In this document: positions 58,976 through 64,000 of the stretch, one piece after another
Numbering within the stretch: position 1 is the stretch's first letter
Layout of the letters: each line of letters begins with the position of its first letter
Assembly: GCA_001179505.1 (NCBI GenBank)
Contig: CDMY01000282.1
Span: forward strand, 62,001-126,000
Origin: Vitrella brassicaformis CCMP3155
Lineage: Eukaryota; Protista; Chromerida
Direction of reading: 5' to 3'
Length of the DNA: 64,000 nt
The notes under the pieces: generated by a model
The model's database searches: none
Told to the model about the DNA's origin: nothing
The model's input: the letters and a program-made list of their open reading frames with translations, nothing else
Made by a program: the position numbers and the translations under genes

Positions 58976-60129
58976 GAGATAGATAGATAGATGTCAAATC
59001 AATCGCAGCAGCCGTCCATGCCATGCCATGCGACAGATAAGATAAGAGCCTGTCGGCCCGTGGGTGGCGGTAGAGTCTGTGTGTGGCTGGGTGGGTGGGT
59101 GCGTGTACAGATGCCACTAACTATGCATGGTCGGTCCCTTATATGTCCACATATGTATCAGATGGTGACAGGTAGGCGACAGTAGCCATGGATTTGGTGT
59201 TGGCCGGCGGTGTCTGTCTGTGAGTTGGTTGAGTGAGGCGTGCGTCTTTTTGTGTTAGTACGCTGGTTCGCTTCGTTCGCATGACACGTGTGTGTGTGTG
59301 TGTGTGCGTGCCATGCCATTCACATCGCGCCTCGGTCTGTCTTAATGTCTGTCGCGATGAATGAATCAGACAAAGCAGCATCGAGTCTCCCTCAGACAGG
59401 GCAGAATGTGCAACACACACATGACCCGGCGAAGTACACCTTGACTGCCGGTCAGATGATACAAGTGCATTGTCAACGAAAGGCAATGATCGCGACATAT
59501 GTGTGTGTGAATGATGGTATGTATGATGAATGTTGGCGACTGCCGCGTGCACAGATCGATGGGGATGTGAATCAAAGGTCCGTCACACACCCCTCACATT
59601 CACACAAAACACCATTGCAGAGAGAGGCTCTCGCCGCGCATTTCCCGCACATGCGCTCTCCTGTCAGTGCATGCGACTTCAGCCATGTTCAGCAACGCTC
59701 GCCCTCTCCGATGAGGTGAAAACGGGAAACACGGAAAAGCTGGCCTCCCGGCCAGGATTGCGAGCTTTTCGTGTCCGTTGGATCTTTGGAATCGGATCTT
59801 TGTGATAGGGGCAGCTGTTCCAGGGCCCACCTGCGACTCAAACACTGACGACCACTCAAGCAGGACTCCTTCCCATCCCTCCTTCCTTCCTTGGCTCTTT
59901 TTGGCTGTGCCAACCGACACCCAGGCACTCACCCCTTCTCCGCCAGCCACACCCACCTCTGCCACTACTTCCACCGTCGACCCACCTGCCGTATCCATCA
60001 TTGCTTCACTTGTCTGGCTGACCCACCACTCACTCACTGACCGTTGTCTGCGGCCGCGACCCAGCTTCTTGATATGATAATGAGGCTGCTGGCGCTGATC
60101 TGAGGTGTGTGCTTCGTCAGTGTCGTCTA

Positions 60130-63100
60130 ATGCCCGCAGCATTCAGCAGACTGGCCGTAAGCACAGATGAGTCGGGGGGGGGTTCAGACGATACTGCATG
60201 TCTTGTCTGTCTGTCTGTCTGTGGTGCAGCGAGGGGCACGTAACGAGCTGTACACGGCCAAATGGTTTGTGGTCGGGTGGGCTCTCCTGTGCTTCTCTTT
60301 GGTTATCATGTTCGCCACTCACTACTACCTTGGTCAGTCACACATGTCCTGCAAGCCAAGCCACCCCGCTCACAGAAACGCATCCGTGTGTGCGCCGCGC
60401 CCTGATGTGATGTGTGCCTTCCAGAGTGCTACTTCATCGCGACTGCCACAGAGGTGAGTGACTTGTTCTTGACGATCGATCACTCACTCACACACACATG
60501 CATCACTCGCCTCATTGAGTGCGTGTGCATGTGAATGGATGTTGTGTTTTGTGTGTGTGTGCGTGCGTGTGTGTCAGTTGCTCGTGGGGACCGCCCTCCT
60601 GTTCGTTGGCCTACTCGCCATCAAGTACCGATGGGGCAAAGGCATGAAGTTCTTCATCTCACTGTGAGCATCCACCCAGCCAGCCGACACATGAGCACAT
60701 CCACACAAACGATGCACTCACTGCACTGCACAACGCGTTGTGTGTGCCCGTGTGCTCTGCAGAGGGTTGTTGAACGCGACACTGGTGGGTCTGTGGGTGC
60801 TGGAGATCGAGATGCCCGACACCCGTCGGCGTCGCGTCATCAACATGGACATCGACACCTCACCCCACGGAGGCAACAGCGCACCCACCGGACACCCACC
60901 TATGGTCCCCACACTGCCCGCACACACCAACGAATGGTACGTACGCCTCGCAGCCATGCCATGCATGTGCACTGCAGACGGACGGACGGCCGCAGTGCAT
61001 GCAATGCAACGTCTCGTGTGTGGTGTCTCGTGTTGTGTGAAAGGTATTCGGTGTTGTCTCTCGGTTCGGTGTCGGCGATGGTGCTATGCCTCGTGCAGCT
61101 ACTCATCCTGCCCATCGCCTATAACCTCATGTATGTCACACATACACACGGAGCGATCGGACAGAGTGACGGACGACTGGACTGGCATGCACTCGGTGCA
61201 CCTCTCTGTGCTGTGCCTGTCAGGAAACGCTTTATGGAGCATCCGTACAGCCCGAATGACGTGTTAGCGGCTGAGAAGGCCAACCTGGCTGCATCACTGC
61301 AGGTGGGGTGGTCAACCACATCACACACGCACACGCACACACACACAAGGCCTCTCTCTCTCTCTATCTCTCTCTCTCTCGCTGATGGCGTTGTTGTGGT
61401 GTTCATTCAGCGTCACCAGGAGATTTGGGATCAGTGGGATCGCGAGACCGTCCTCCAAGAAGACGAGCGATGCTCACCCCGCCACCTCACGCCAGAGACG
61501 CCCAGCCTGCAGGCCAACAACGAGCCCCTCTGGCTCCCACCGCTCCCCAAGATCGCCCCTTCCTCGCTCGCCACGGCCATCCCCGGCATGCCCGACCCCC
61601 TCACCGTCAGCAGCAGCAGCAGCAGCAGCACGTGCACACCCACTGGGACGGGGGGCGGCGACCTGGAGATGGGCGTGGGGATGGGCGATGGCGTCACGCC
61701 GTCCAGCCCCACCATGTCTGTGGGCGTGAGGGATGCCACGGTCACCGACCGGACCCTGCAATTCATCGAAACGTATGAGCGGTCCATCGATCAGGTCAGT
61801 AAGGCATGCATGAGAAAGAGACGTCCAGACCAGACACACCACTGCATCTCATTTTGTATATATGTATCGATCCATCCCTTCCTCAGATTGTCGCATCCGG
61901 GCGGCTCCCCCGTTGTGTGGACCACGTGGAGGAGGCGGCTGACGACCTGGCTACCCCCGCCCCAGCTCATGCCCTCCCGCCCTTCTCCACCACCACCACG
62001 CCCCGCTCATCAGACCTCTTCCCCGCCGCCCCCACCAGCACGCCCCTCCCCACCCCGTCAGCAGCATCCTCCACCTCGGCCAATGCCGTGGCCACGGCCA
62101 ACGCCCCTCAGACTCGCGCGTCGCTCCAGTCCCAGATGGACGCGGTAGCCACGTCGATGGGAGCTCAGCTGCGGCTGCAAGGGCACGCCCAAGCAGGGGC
62201 AACAGGCAACCTCAGGGCGCCCATGAGCCGACAGTCGACATTCCCCACAGTCCATCACCTCCACGGCACCACCGGCGACGCGATGGGCATGGTGGGCAAT
62301 ATAGGGCACCTCCACAGCAAGCCGACTGCATGCGGCGGCAGACAGCCCGGCAGCAAGCCACAGCTGGACCGCCGCAGCTCACTCGAGTCGGTGCAGCTCG
62401 GGGGGCTTCACGGCATGGTGCAGCGGAGCGCCACTCTGGGCCTGGGGCGGCCGGGCAGCTTCGAGGGCTACCCGATGGCCGAGGAGGTGCCCAGCACGGT
62501 GGGCGGGAGTGGGGTGGACAGCACGGCGAGCTGCCGGAGCGGCGGAGGGCCGCGGACTGCCACACACGTCGGGTGGTGTGTGAGCCCGATGATCAAGAAG
62601 CTCGACCGAAGCGACAGTGAGGACAGCAGCGCTACCGGCGGCAGCGAGGGCGAGGCGACGGTTGTGGCGGATGCCACCTCTCCCACGGCGCATGACGAAA
62701 CGGAGACGACAGAGACTAGTGAGGGGAATGAGGAGAGCGAGCTGGCGGCCATCAAGACAGTCGAGACTCCTCCTGCAGCGAAGGCAGGCAAGCCCCGCCC
62801 CGAGATCGAGATCGATTTGGACGCCGAGGTCATTGACGAGCCCTGGGAGATCGATGTCTCGACCCGCGACACCGTCACCAGTGAGGACGAGCAGCAGCTC
62901 CGCGACACCCTCGCTGCCTCGCTGCCCGCCATCGACGTTGACAACGACAACTCGCCGCAGACGTCGATCGCGTCCCCCACTGACACCGCGCACTCGTCAT
63001 ACGAGTCGCTGATGATCTCCGACCCCTCCCGCCCCCCGTCGCCCGTCCCCAGGGTCATCGTCACCGCTGCACCATCTCCATGTGACACCATTGACAGCAC

Positions 63101-64000
63101 CAGCAAGGGCTGGGGTGGAGACGAAAAGGAGGACGTCAAGCCGGCAGTGTCGCCATCCCTGACGGCCGAGTACCCCGGCAGGGTCAACCTGGCCATTCCG
63201 CCGTCGCCCGCGTCGCCCGTTACGAGCCACTTCACCCCGCCCATGGCGCGCACCTGCCGCTGCACCATCCTGCCGTCCACCCCGCAGACATCCGAGGACG
63301 GCGAGAGCGAGTCGGAGAAGTCCTCCCCCGACTTTCCGGCGACGCCATTCCCCTCCCCTCCCCTGTCGCCACCCACGGCCGCACACAAAGCCAATGCTAA
63401 TCGGGAGATGCCGCCGGGGCTTCCGCGGCTGCAGGTGCTGCCGCCCCCCGCCCCACACTCCCTCTCGTCGCTCGACCACCTGACCGACACGGCCGCCATG
63501 AGTGCAGCGGACGACTCGTGCAGCGTCAACTGGAAGGACCGCTTGACGCCGCGCTCCGTGACGACGGAGGACACGGGGTGGGGACTGTACGACCGCTCGG
63601 GGGCGTCGTCGGTTGCAGGTGGGATGGAGAGCCGCACACCCTCCATCCGGCCATCTGACGGGTCGGAGTACGCATGGACGCCCAGGCACTGGGACGGTGA
63701 CGATGTGTCGCCGCAGGATACTGGGAGTTCCAATGCGAGTGCGGCATCATCAGTGGCGGTGGCCCCTTCCGACCCCGAGGGAGGAGAGTTCGCGGGCGTG
63801 AGCGTGCGTGAGCGCGTGTCTGCGATCGAGGCGTGTGCTGAGGCTGCGGTCCGTTGTAATGGTACTGGTGCTGAGGTGATGAAGGCAGAAATGGGATGTG
63901 GCCGTTATTTGCGCCCTCCCTTCCTGCAGCTGCCTCCCCGCAGCAGCCACCTGTGTGCGTCTTCTGTGCCTGTGTCTGTGTCGTCCATGTGTGGCTCGCC
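60130..64000 (+). CDS. Hypothetical 4-TM membrane protein with a very long Ser/Pro/Thr-rich disordered C-terminus; continues past the window end
   Basis: MPAAFSRLA|RGARNELYTAKWFVVGWALLCFSLVIMF..., LLVGTALLFVGLLAI, FFISL|GLLNATLVGLWVL and YSVLSLGSVSAMVLCLVQLLILPIAY. The final exon stays open from about 61890 to the window end. Confidence 0.6.

Noticed and set aside
1-64000. CRISPR arrays, rRNA or tRNA genes, prokaryotic operons or defence systems
   Set aside because: The sequence is spliceosomal-intron-rich eukaryotic DNA. I saw no regularly spaced direct repeats with unique spacers and no structural RNA signatures.

Overview
GC-rich, very intron-dense eukaryotic genomic DNA. Most introns are short, GT-AG, and packed with (GT/CA)n, (ACAG)n, (CCAT)n and (GGGA)n microsatellites, and there are two 300-N scaffold gaps. 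By inference it comes from a chromerid alveolate, most likely Vitrella brassicaformis: it has an apicomplexan-type oocyst-wall protein, an apicomplexan-type ATP synthase epsilon, a degenerate PanK and Vitrella-style TLDc domains. The ORF track is largely misleading because nearly every gene is spliced, so I rebuilt gene models by hand and exon-level boundaries are approximate. Left arm (1-38 kb): P4-ATPase (ATP9/NEO1 class, partial), stand-alone voltage-sensor-like protein, Lys/His/Cys-rich oocyst-wall protein, RPA1, degenerate pantothenate kinase, large coiled-coil protein, small secreted Cys-rich protein, RLY/CTFxP-repeat protein and an ABCB half-transporter. Right arm (53.5-64 kb): plastid-targeted ABHD11-like hydrolase, ATP synthase epsilon (missing from the ORF track), a PMP34/ANT1-like carrier and a 4-TM protein (partial). 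Between them is an accessory block (38.3-53.5 kb) with a cytidine-deaminase fusion, a triple-TLDc gene whose first domain is interrupted by a ZZ-like zinc finger, a pogo/CENP-B DNA-binding remnant, a decaying CCCH-ParB gene and orphan ORFs. The most unusual signal is a roughly 220-500 bp module present in three copies. Each copy sits directly upstream of, and co-oriented with, an unrelated accessory gene, contains intron-like segments, and in two cases supplies the predicted start codon. A 7-mer, AGCTCGC, also recurs in most divergent promoters.
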